From the NCBI GenBank assembly GCA_963841435.1, contig CAWJCS010000006.1:704001-768000 (forward strand): a stretch of DNA of 64,000 nt. The letters run 5' to 3'. Every line of letters begins with the position of its first letter. The stretch's first letter is position 1. The position numbers were made by a program, and so were the translations under genes. Origin of the DNA: an uncultured delta proteobacterium. GTDB taxonomy: Bacteria > Myxococcota_A > Polyangia > Polyangiales > Polyangiaceae. Below, piece after piece: positions 19,155 through 27,818 of this stretch. Under the pieces are notes generated by a model. It searched no databases. It was not told the origin of the DNA and saw nothing but the letters and a program-made list of their open reading frames with translations.

Positions 19155-20873
19155 TCAGTTCTGGCGCTCGAACGCGCCGAGATCGGGCGCGCTGCCCGTG
19201 AAGGGGAGCCCTACGTCGGTGCCGGCATCGACGAGCTTGCTCTGCGCAGTGAGACGGAAGAGAGGCGTCTCGGGCAGCGTGCCGTCCGGGTTTCTCGCCA
19301 CCGTCGCCTGAGTCACGTTGACGCTCTGAAAGTCGCTCGCGCTCACGCTGAAGCCCGAATTCCAGGAATTGAACCGTGCGTCGGCGTTCGAGATCGACAC
19401 CGAGGCACCGAGCGAGACGTTGTTGTTGAGCAGGTGCATCTGCCCCGAATCGACGGGATTTCCGAGCCCGAAGTTCGTGCCGTTCGAGTAGCTCGTGCAG
19501 TTCAGAATCGTGAGGCCGCCGGCGTTGTTGTTCTGATCGAAGCCCTTCGACGGGTTTTCGAACGCGACGGAGTTGGTGATGCGGTTTTTCGCTGCGACGC
19601 CGTTGCCACCGAGCTTGAACCCGTTGCCGTTGCCCGTGAATCCCCCGTACCCCCAGATGTCGATGCCATTGCGGAAGGCCCAGCCGCTCTGAATCACGAC
19701 GACCTCCGGGCTGTCGAACATGTCGAAGCCGTCGTCCGAGTTCTCCCAGGCACGGCAGCCGATGAACACGTTGCCCGGCCCCTGGGTCTGCTTGGGGCCG
19801 AAGCCGTCCGCCATGCTGCCGCCCTTCTTCGGATCGTAGTTGTGATAGGCGTCGGTGTTGATGACCGTGGTGTAGGCGCCGCCCTTGTTGATCTCGAGCC
19901 CGGTGTTCCGGTTGTCGTAAAACGCGCAGTTCTCGAAGGTATTGTGCTGTCCTGTGACGTACGCGCCCTGGTAGCCCGCGCGCGTCACGTCGATTCCCTT
20001 GAGCGTCCAGTAGCTTCCCGTGACGGACAAGCCGTACGAATCCTGGACCCATTGTTGCTCCGGGAACGAAAAGTCGATCACGGCGCGGCCGCAGCTCGCC
20101 GCGGCGATCATGAGGGGAGCTTGGGACTGCCCGGACTTGGAAAGCTCGATCGTGTTCGCTTGACCCGCGACGTAGGGGATCGAGTACTTGCCGGGCTGCA
20201 AGAGGAGCAGCTTGCCCGCACCCAGCATCGAGAGCCCCGTCTGCAGGTCGACCGCCGACTGAAAGCTATCGCCACTCCCCGCTGAGCTCCCCGTTGGCGC
20301 CGCGTAGATCACGCCGGAGGCAGTGAGTCCGCTCGTCTCGTTGCAAGCGGAGCTCGTGCCGGCGTTTCCGGCGGTGCCGCCAGTCCCTGCGGCGCCAGCG
20401 GTGCCGGACGACCCTGATGCACCACCCGAAGCCGCCCCCGCTTTTCCTCCCATCGCGCTCACCGTGCCGGCCGCGCCGCCCGAGGCTGCTGCGCCGCCCG
20501 CGCCACCACCGCCCGAAGCGCCTGCGCCGCCCACACCGCCCCCGCCCGACGCGAGGCCGGCGCCGGCGCTGCCAGCGCTCTCGCCCGTGCCGCCGGCGCC
20601 CGACGCGTCACCGGCCGCGCCGCCCGAGCCCGCCCCCGCCGATCCCCCCATCGCGTTCACGCCGACCGATGTGCCGCCCGAGCCCGCCGTACCGGCCGTC
20701 GTTCCGGCGTTGCCCGTGCTCACCGAGGAACCCCCGACCGCGCCGCCCGAGCCCGCCGGGGCGGTGCCGCTCTCGGCTTCGCGTGTTTCGCCGCCGCCGC
20801 ACGCGCCGAAGAGCACGGACAAGAGGGCGACCCGCGTGACGGAGATGGAGCCCGCCAGTGAGATTGGCTTCAT
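19155..20873 (-). CDS. Lipoprotein pectate lyase, family PL9 (PelL-like), Gly-rich linker
   Basis: Lipobox FGAC; ADGFGPK, CRAWENSDDGFD, GNGNGFKLGG, GFDQNNN, PDLGAFE. Confidence 0.9.
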   Translation of the reverse strand: MKPISLAGSISVTRVALLSVLFGACGGGETREAESGTAPAGSGGAVGGSSVSTGNAGTTAGTAGSGGTSVGVNAMGGSAGAGSGGAAGDASGAGGTGESAGSAGAGLASGGGGVGGAGASGGGGAGGAAASGGAAGTVSAMGGKAGAASGGASGSSGTAGAAGTGGTAGNAGTSSACNETSGLTASGVIYAAPTGSSAGSGDSFQSAVDLQTGLSMLGAGKLLLLQPGKYSIPYVAGQANTIELSKSGQSQAPLMIAAASCGRAVIDFSFPEQQWVQDSYGLSVTGSYWTLKGIDVTRAGYQGAYVTGQHNTFENCAFYDNRNTGLEINKGGAYTTVINTDAYHNYDPKKGGSMADGFGPKQTQGPGNVFIGCRAWENSDDGFDMFDSPEVVVIQSGWAFRNGIDIWGYGGFTGNGNGFKLGGNGVAAKNRITNSVAFENPSKGFDQNNNAGGLTILNCTSYSNGTNFGLGNPVDSGQMHLLNNNVSLGASVSISNADARFNSWNSGFSVSASDFQSVNVTQATVARNPDGTLPETPLFRLTAQSKLVDAGTDVGLPFTGSAPDLGAFERQN

Positions 20874-20895
20874 GGGGTGTCGCCGGCCCGTGCCG

Positions 20896-22368
20896 TCAGT
20901 GCGGACCTGCTCCGGCCACGATGGCCGCCTCGAGCGCGTCGGTCGCCTCGGGCGTGTACGTGTACGGCGGCGTGAAGCCGACGCCGTTCGTCGTGGTCGT
21001 GCCGGTCGTGTTCGTGAACACGTTGTTACGGGCGAGCATGTCGCCGTTGGCGTCGGGTGACAGTGGGTTCTTGACGCCTTTGTAGACGTTGTTCTCGACG
21101 AGCAGGTGCGTTTCGAAGCCGGAGTTCGTGCAGTAGGAGTTGCCCGTCGAGGTAAAGAGGTTGTTGACGACGTGGATCTTGCCGCGGCGCGTGCGGGGCA
21201 TCCGCTGATTGACGTTGTCGGCCCACCAGTCGTGGTGCCACGTCACGTTCAGGTGCCCGACGTCCTCGGGCACGTTGTCGCCGGAGCCGATGAGGTTCGA
21301 AAAGCGGTGGCCGTTCGCGCCCGTGGAGTCGTTGCCGACGTTGTCGGTGCGCGGCGAGTAGCTGAATTTCGTCCAGGAAATGGTGATGAAGTCGGCGCCC
21401 GCATTGATGTCGAGGTTGCCGTCCGTTCCGTCGGAGATGTCGCAATGATCGAACCAGACGTGGTGCGACGCCGTGCTGACCGAGACGGCATCGGAGCCCG
21501 ACGAGCAACCGACCGCAGCATTGAAGGACGGATCTTTGCTGCAGTCGCCGACGCCGTACCCCACGATCTTGAGGTTTCGCACGATCACGTTCGCGGAACG
21601 GCTGAACCCGAGGTGGCCGTGGAATTCTGCGCCGCACACGCCGACGATCGTCTTGTTCGAGCCGATCGCGACGGACGCGTTCGGCAGCACGGCGTTCAGG
21701 TACACGACAGCGGCGTTCGTGCCGGCGACGGCCGAAGTGAACGCCTGCACGGTGGTGACCACCTGCGGCGTCGCGTTGCCGCCCCCGGTCGTTCCGTTTT
21801 GGCCCATGCCGTCGACGGCAGCCCAGCCGACCACGGGATCCGCCGGCGGAGGCGTCATGCACGAGCTCGAGCCGCCCGTGCCCGCCGAGCCGCTGCTTCC
21901 AGCGCTGCCCGCCGCACCGGCCGCTCCTCCACCGCCCGATGCGCCCGATGCGCCTGCGCTACCCGCAGTGCCCGCCACACCCGCGGACCCGCCGGTGCCG
22001 CTCGCGCCCGCCGTGCCCGCATTGCCGCCCGTTCCCGCCCCGGAAGCGCCCCCCGTCCCCGCGCTGCCCCCGATCCCCGACCCCGCCGATCCTGAGGAAC
22101 CCGCCGTGCCGCCGAGGGCGCCGCCCGTGCCGCCCACGGCGGCCCCACCAGCGCCCGCGCCGCCGCTCGTGCCGGCCCCGCTCCCGCCACCCCCGCCGCT
22201 CGTGGCGCCCGCTGCCCCACCCGAGGTGGCCGCGCCGCCGCTTCCCCCCTCGGCGTCGGTCGGGCCGGGTTCGGACGAGCAGGCCTGGAGGACGGCGACG
22301 AGGACCAGCGCCGTGGAAAAAAACGCGCGGGATGGACCGACGGAGATTGAGGGCATGGGCTGCAGCAT
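20896..22368 (-). CDS. Lipoprotein pectate lyase, family PL1, Gly-rich linker
   Basis: Lipobox LQAC; GTTGG, SNKTIVG, NVIVRNL, VWFDHC, DGNLD, ITISW, QRMPRTR, HVVNN. Confidence 0.92.
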   Translation of the reverse strand: MLQPMPSISVGPSRAFFSTALVLVAVLQACSSEPGPTDAEGGSGGAATSGGAAGATSGGGGGSGAGTSGGAGAGGAAVGGTGGALGGTAGSSGSAGSGIGGSAGTGGASGAGTGGNAGTAGASGTGGSAGVAGTAGSAGASGASGGGGAAGAAGSAGSSGSAGTGGSSSCMTPPPADPVVGWAAVDGMGQNGTTGGGNATPQVVTTVQAFTSAVAGTNAAVVYLNAVLPNASVAIGSNKTIVGVCGAEFHGHLGFSRSANVIVRNLKIVGYGVGDCSKDPSFNAAVGCSSGSDAVSVSTASHHVWFDHCDISDGTDGNLDINAGADFITISWTKFSYSPRTDNVGNDSTGANGHRFSNLIGSGDNVPEDVGHLNVTWHHDWWADNVNQRMPRTRRGKIHVVNNLFTSTGNSYCTNSGFETHLLVENNVYKGVKNPLSPDANGDMLARNNVFTNTTGTTTTNGVGFTPPYTYTPEATDALEAAIVAGAGPH

Positions 22369-22682
22369 GGCTAATGCATCAGGTTGGTTGGTCGATCATG
22401 TGGGGCGCCCGGTCATGCCCGGCGCCGCCAGGTGCTCGATGCGCTACGAGGTAGGACCGCGGAGACACGAGGCGACTCCGATGCATCCCCGAAGCATGCG
22501 ACCAATCGGGAGACGTGACGCTACGGGGGGCGTCAATCAATCACGCTCGAGGCGCGGCGCGGGCGGCGCCGCGCGGGCGCCGTGAGCGTCGACCAGGCCG
22601 TGTCGGCCCGCTCGTGCGCGGCCGAGCGGCGCGCTCGCCACCCCGATGGCGGGTTCCGGCGCCTCCGAGCAACTACCGAGAA

Positions 22683-24203
22683 ATGCACTGGACCGCCGGT
22701 CTCGCCTGTCTCGCTCCATGGTGGCTCGCCGCTTGCTCGGAAGGGCCCGGCGGGCAGTCCGGCAGTGGCGGCACGGCGACGGGTGGTTCCGGTCTCGCCG
22801 GTGCGAGCGCGGGCACGGGTGGCGCAGCGGCCGGCACCTCACCGATGACGGGCGGCGGCACCGGCACGGGCGGCTCGGCAGGCGCGGGCTCGGGTGGCAC
22901 GCCGGCGCAGGGGGGCGCGGGCTCAGGGGGTGTGGCGGCGACGGGCGGCGCGGGGGCGGGAGCGGGTGGCGTGGCCGGTATCTCGGCTGGTGGAGGCGGT
23001 TCCGGCGCGGGCGGCGCCGCGGGGATGGATGCGGGTGCTGGCGGCAGGAGCGGCGCCGGCGGAGCTGGGGCGAGCGGTGCCGGCGGCGTAGCCGGAGCCG
23101 GCGGTTCGAGTGGTGCAAGCGGTTCGAGTGGTGCAAGCGGTTCGAGTGGCTCGGGTGGGACGAGCGGCGCCGCGGGAGCAGGCGGCGGCCGTTGTGCCTC
23201 GCCAGTCGCCAGTACGTTGACGCGCCCCCAGCTCTCCGACACCGAGGCGCAAAACTTCACGGTGGCAAAGTACCTCGCCAGGACCGGCTCGTTCTCGTCG
23301 CTTTCGACCGACAACTGGAACCCGACGGCCGGCCTTGGCGACGCGAGCACGTTCACGTCGAACATCGTCGTCGCGAGCGATGGCAGCGGTGACTACACGA
23401 CGCTACAGGCCGGCCTGAACGCCGTGTCGGGCTCGCAGCGCCGTTACGTGCTCGTCAAGCCGGGCACCTACCGCGGGCAGGTGTCGTACACCGGTTCGAC
23501 GCCCGTCACGCTCTACGGCGCGACCACGGATGCGACCCAGGTCGTGATCATCAACGACAAGTCGCAGCAATCGGGGACCAGCCAGACCCTGAACGTCACG
23601 TCGAACGACTTTCAGATCATGAACCTGACGCTGTCGAACGATTTCGCGACGCCGGCGAGCGGTAGCAATCTCCAGGCGCTCGCCCTCTTCACGCGTGGCG
23701 ACAAGATCGTCGTCCAGAACGTGCGCATGCATGGCTTCCAGGACACCGTGCAGTTCTCGGCTGCCAACGCGACCACCTTGAATCGCGTCTACGTGAAGGG
23801 TGGATTCATCGAGGGCGACACCGACTTCATCTATGGCAACGCCACGGTCGTTTTCGACGGCGTCACCGTCCACTATTTGTCGTCGCGGCGCGGCACGAGC
23901 TCGGGCATCATCATGGCTCCCAGCACCTCGGTGGGGAACGAGCTCGGGTTCTTGTTCGTCGGCTGTAGCTTCACGGCGGACCAGAGCGCGCCGTCCAACA
24001 AGATCTACCTTGGCCGCTCCTGGGACACGAGCAGCACGACGCCCACACCGAACGGCCAGGGCGTCATCCGCGACTCGACGCTCGGCGCGCACGTCAACCG
24101 GGGCACGCCGTGGACCTCGGCGGCCACCTCCGGGCGCGCTTACAGCGCGAGCGGCAATCGCTTCTACGAGTATTGCAACAGCGGCCCCGGCGCCTCGCCT
24201 TAG
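22683..24203 (+). CDS. Lipoprotein pectin methylesterase (CE8, PemB/YbhC-like), Gly-rich linker
   Basis: Lipobox LAAC; VASDGSGDYTTLQ, KPGTY, QALAL, QDT, GDTDFIYG, YLGRSW, YEYCNSGPGA. Confidence 0.9.
   Translation: MHWTAGLACLAPWWLAACSEGPGGQSGSGGTATGGSGLAGASAGTGGAAAGTSPMTGGGTGTGGSAGAGSGGTPAQGGAGSGGVAATGGAGAGAGGVAGISAGGGGSGAGGAAGMDAGAGGRSGAGGAGASGAGGVAGAGGSSGASGSSGASGSSGSGGTSGAAGAGGGRCASPVASTLTRPQLSDTEAQNFTVAKYLARTGSFSSLSTDNWNPTAGLGDASTFTSNIVVASDGSGDYTTLQAGLNAVSGSQRRYVLVKPGTYRGQVSYTGSTPVTLYGATTDATQVVIINDKSQQSGTSQTLNVTSNDFQIMNLTLSNDFATPASGSNLQALALFTRGDKIVVQNVRMHGFQDTVQFSAANATTLNRVYVKGGFIEGDTDFIYGNATVVFDGVTVHYLSSRRGTSSGIIMAPSTSVGNELGFLFVGCSFTADQSAPSNKIYLGRSWDTSSTTPTPNGQGVIRDSTLGAHVNRGTPWTSAATSGRAYSASGNRFYEYCNSGPGASP
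23101..23149. repeat. 18-bp in-frame tandem repeat (gcggttcgagtggtgcaa, about x2.7) in the CE8 linker
   Basis: Directly visible; encodes GSSGAS repeats. Confidence 0.8.
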
Positions 24204-24263
24204 CCGAGTCGTCGGACCGGCATCCTGCTCGCCTTCTTCGACGCACCGAGCTATTGGGGGCGC

Positions 24264-25541
24264 GTGCTCACGAGCTTTTTTCCGGGCATGACGGCGGCCT
24301 CGCTTGCCGCCTCTCTCTCGATGCTCGCCACGTCTTGCTTGCCCCCGCCGTGCCCCCGAGCCGCTGCCGGCTCGAGCCCCGTTGCGGGTGGCGCGGCGAG
24401 CTCGGTCGCGGCGGTTTCGTCCGAGGTGCGGGCCCTCGATTTCACGCACACCTCGGCCGAGCTGCTCCGGGAGCTCCGCCTCGGCTGGAACGTCGGCAAC
24501 AGCCTCGACGTCCCCGAGGGTGAGACCGCGTGGGGCAACCCGCCCATCACGCCCGAGTTGTTCGGGGCGGTCGCGAAGGCAGGCTTTGGTCTCGTGCGCA
24601 TTCCGGTGACCTGGACCAAGCACATGGGGCCCGGCCCCGACTACGTCATCGAGCCCGCCTTCTTCGATCGCGTGGCCGAGGTCGTCGGCTTCGCGCGCTC
24701 GGCGGGGCTCCATGCCGTCATCGATTTGCATCACGACGGGGCGGACGGCTTCAAGGGGGTCGAGTGGCTGACGCTCAATGACGAAGCCGGCAAGACGACG
24801 CCCGAGAACGATGCCGCCGTCCGAGCGCGTTTCGTTGCGATCTGGCAGCAGATTGCCAGGCGCTTCGCCGGGTTCGGCGAGGAGCTTTTCTTCGAGTCGA
24901 TGAACGAGATCCACGACGGCTACGGCACGCCCGACCCGCGGCACTTCGTCTTCATCAACGATCTCAACCAGCGCTTCGTCGACCTCGTCCGGGCGAGCGG
25001 CGGCAACAACGCAAAGCGCCACCTGGTCATACCGGGCTACAACACCAACATCGATCACACGCTCACGGGCTTCGAGTTGCCGCACGACAGGCTGCCGAGC
25101 CGGCTCATCCTCTCGGTCCACTACTACGACCCGTACCTTTTCGCGCTACAGGGGAAGACGCACACCTGGGGCAGCGCCTCGCCCGGCCGCGATGACTGGG
25201 GCCAGGAAGATTTCGTCGTGGCGCAGCTCGACAAGCTGAAGAAAAAGTTCGTCGATCGGGGCGTCCCCGTCCTGATCGGCGAGTACGGCGCGACCTACCA
25301 GGCTGGCTTCGAGGACTACCGTCGCTACTACGTCGAGTACGTCACGAAGGCAGCGGTCGACCGCGGCATGCTGCCCGTCTACTGGGACAACGGCGGGCAG
25401 AAGAGCGGCGGGGAGAGCTTCGGCCTCTTCGACCGGCAGACGGGCGCGGTGCTCCACCCAGCGCTCCTCGAGGCGATGAAGCGCGCCGCCACGAGCTCGT
25501 ACTCGCTCGCCGACGTGGCCCCACCCGTGGCGTCGAAGTGA
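24264..25541 (+). CDS. GH5 endoglucanase/xyloglucanase (GH5_4-like), probable lipoprotein
   Basis: GWNVGNSLD, ETAWGNP, RIPVTW, ESMNE (acid/base), HYY, IGEYG (nucleophile), YWDNG; ATSC lipobox-like. Confidence 0.9.
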   Translation: MLTSFFPGMTAASLAASLSMLATSCLPPPCPRAAAGSSPVAGGAASSVAAVSSEVRALDFTHTSAELLRELRLGWNVGNSLDVPEGETAWGNPPITPELFGAVAKAGFGLVRIPVTWTKHMGPGPDYVIEPAFFDRVAEVVGFARSAGLHAVIDLHHDGADGFKGVEWLTLNDEAGKTTPENDAAVRARFVAIWQQIARRFAGFGEELFFESMNEIHDGYGTPDPRHFVFINDLNQRFVDLVRASGGNNAKRHLVIPGYNTNIDHTLTGFELPHDRLPSRLILSVHYYDPYLFALQGKTHTWGSASPGRDDWGQEDFVVAQLDKLKKKFVDRGVPVLIGEYGATYQAGFEDYRRYYVEYVTKAAVDRGMLPVYWDNGGQKSGGESFGLFDRQTGAVLHPALLEAMKRAATSSYSLADVAPPVASK

Positions 25542-25547
25542 CCGAGC

Positions 25548-26702
25548 TTACGCGCTCTTGAGCTCGCCGCGCAGCCTGGGAAGCGCGCCCGGGTAGCCTT
25601 CTTGCACGAAGGCAATGAGCTTCTCGCGGATCTCGCAGCGCAGGTCCCAGGCGTCACTCGCGTTGGCAGCGCTCATGAGGGCGCGCAGGGTCATCGTCCG
25701 CTCGCTCGAGTCGGTAACCTGGAGTCCCCAGGTTTTCTTGTCCCACTTCTCGGAGCCGTCGAGCAGGCGCTTGAGCTCGGCGCGCAAGCGGTCCACGGGG
25801 ACGCTGTAGTCGAGGTGGAGGTTCACGGTGCCGAGAATGTCCGCCGACGCTCTCGTCCAGTTTTGGAACGGCTTTTCGATGAAGTAGCCGATCGGCACGA
25901 CGAGACGCCTGAGATCCCAGATGCGCACGACCACGTAGGTGAGCGCGATCTCTTCGATTCGGCCCCACTCGTTCTCGACGATCACGACGTCGTCGATGCG
26001 GATGGGCTGGCTGATGGCGATCTGGAGGCCCGCGAGCACCGTGGCGATCGTCTTTTGCGCGGCGAAGCCGAGCACGATGCCGGCGACGCCCGCCGAGGCG
26101 AGCAATCCCGTGCCGAGCTGACGGACCGAGTCGAACGTGGTGAGCACGAAGGCGATCGTGACGAGCCCAACCGCGAAAATCGCGATGTTGCCGAAGCTGC
26201 GAAACTGCGTCTGCAACGTGCGGGCCTTGAGGTTGTCGGCTACACCGAGATCGTAGCGGTGCTGCACGACCTCCTCGGCGACGCGAACGCATTTGATGAG
26301 CGCCCAACCGACGCCGAAGATGGTGGCGATGAGCACGGCGTGGTGCAGCGGTCCGCGTAGCTCCTTGGGCAGGGGCAAGAGCGAGACGACCGACGTGAGC
26401 GCCAGGACGGGGAATAGCCAGCGAATCGGGCGCGCCAGATGTTTGGCGATGGCATCGTCGATGATCGTGTCGGTGTGGCGCGCCCAGCGGCCCATCGCCC
26501 GTACCGTCAGGCCGCCCGCAACGCGACCCACGGTGATGGCGACGACGGCGCCGAGGAGCGACCACGCGAGCGGCTGCCATTCGCCGAATAGCCCGCGCAA
26601 GAGCCTGTCGAGCTCCGCTGGCAGCGTGGTGAGATCGGGTGCCGGCGCCCCGAAGGCGCCGGCAAACACCGGGGCGACTTGGAAGAGAGGTCCCTTTTGC
26701 AT
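25548..26702 (-). CDS. Small-conductance mechanosensitive channel (MscS family)
   Basis: LLASAGVAGIVLGFAAQ, QPIRIDDVV, WGRIEEI, PFQNWT. Confidence 0.92.
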   Translation of the reverse strand: MQKGPLFQVAPVFAGAFGAPAPDLTTLPAELDRLLRGLFGEWQPLAWSLLGAVVAITVGRVAGGLTVRAMGRWARHTDTIIDDAIAKHLARPIRWLFPVLALTSVVSLLPLPKELRGPLHHAVLIATIFGVGWALIKCVRVAEEVVQHRYDLGVADNLKARTLQTQFRSFGNIAIFAVGLVTIAFVLTTFDSVRQLGTGLLASAGVAGIVLGFAAQKTIATVLAGLQIAISQPIRIDDVVIVENEWGRIEEIALTYVVVRIWDLRRLVVPIGYFIEKPFQNWTRASADILGTVNLHLDYSVPVDRLRAELKRLLDGSEKWDKKTWGLQVTDSSERTMTLRALMSAANASDAWDLRCEIREKLIAFVQEGYPGALPRLRGELKSA

Positions 26703-26801
26703 GGTGCCTGACCATCGCCACCCAGGTTCGAGGATGCAAGGGAACGGCGGGCCGCGGCGCTCCCGGGGCGCCGCCGCGCCGGGGCTCACGGCGGCACCTG
26801 G

Positions 26802-27758
26802 TTGCCGCGCGCCGGCCGTGAAGCTACCGTTTCAGGCAGCTTGCCAACCGAAAACCCGCTCGAAATCTTCTTGCAGGCACAAGCCTCGCAGGCTTCTACC
26901 TGGCTCCTCAACTACAAGCTCTACGCCGTCGTGGTGCTGCTGCTTGCGGCGTCGTTCGCGCGCCCCATTTATCGCTGGGCGCGGCCGATGTGGGTGAACG
27001 TGGCGCAGGATTATTTCTACGGCGTGTTTCACACGCTCGTCGTGTTTCCGTTCCTCGCGCTGTTCATCTTCTATTTCCAGCGTTTCCTACTCGCGACCTT
27101 CCCCGGCCTGAATCTCCACCTCTATTCGTACCTGCCAGGCTGGGCGCAGATCGTTCTCGCGTTTCTGGTTACCGATTTCCTCGGCTACGTGTCGCACGTG
27201 ATCCGCCACAAGGTGCGGCCGCTCTGGTTTTTTCACGTCATTCATCACTCGCAGCAGAAGGTCAATCCCCTCACCGTCAAGCGGTCCCACTTCTTCGAAA
27301 AGCTCATCGACCCGGGCATCTTCAAGACCGTGCCCTTCATCGTCATGGGCAGCCCCGTCGAGACGTTTGCCTTGTTCTACGCGCTCGACGCCGCTTGGGA
27401 CTACTACCAGCACAGCAACCTCGACATCGATCTCGGGCCGCTGCGCTACGTTCTCGTCTCGCCGCGCTACCACCGCCTTCACCATTCGCGTCTGCCCGAG
27501 CACATGGACAAGAACTTTTCCGATCGGCTCGTGCTCTGGGATCTGATGTTCGGCACCGCCTCGTTCGACTACCGCCGGAGCTTCCCGACGGGCGTCGACG
27601 CCCCGGGTCTCGCGCTCGAGGACGGCAAGGGGCTCCTCGGCGCGCTCAAGGCGTTCGTGAGCCAGCTTGGTTACCCGTTCCGCAGGAACTACGAGTACTT
27701 CAGGAACGAGTGGCGCCGCGCGCCGCCGGTCACGAAGCCTCCCGTGCCCGCGCAGTGA
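26802..27758 (+). CDS. Sterol desaturase / fatty acid hydroxylase family protein
   Basis: His boxes HVIRH, HVIHHS, QHSN, HRLHH; KNF...WDLMFGT; start uncertain. Confidence 0.88.
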   Translation: MPRAGREATVSGSLPTENPLEIFLQAQASQASTWLLNYKLYAVVVLLLAASFARPIYRWARPMWVNVAQDYFYGVFHTLVVFPFLALFIFYFQRFLLATFPGLNLHLYSYLPGWAQIVLAFLVTDFLGYVSHVIRHKVRPLWFFHVIHHSQQKVNPLTVKRSHFFEKLIDPGIFKTVPFIVMGSPVETFALFYALDAAWDYYQHSNLDIDLGPLRYVLVSPRYHRLHHSRLPEHMDKNFSDRLVLWDLMFGTASFDYRRSFPTGVDAPGLALEDGKGLLGALKAFVSQLGYPFRRNYEYFRNEWRRAPPVTKPPVPAQ

Positions 27759-27818
27759 GCGGCGCTCGGCCGGCCCCGCGCCCGCAACACCCGGAAAGGA
27801 CCCGCGCCGCGCGTGGGC

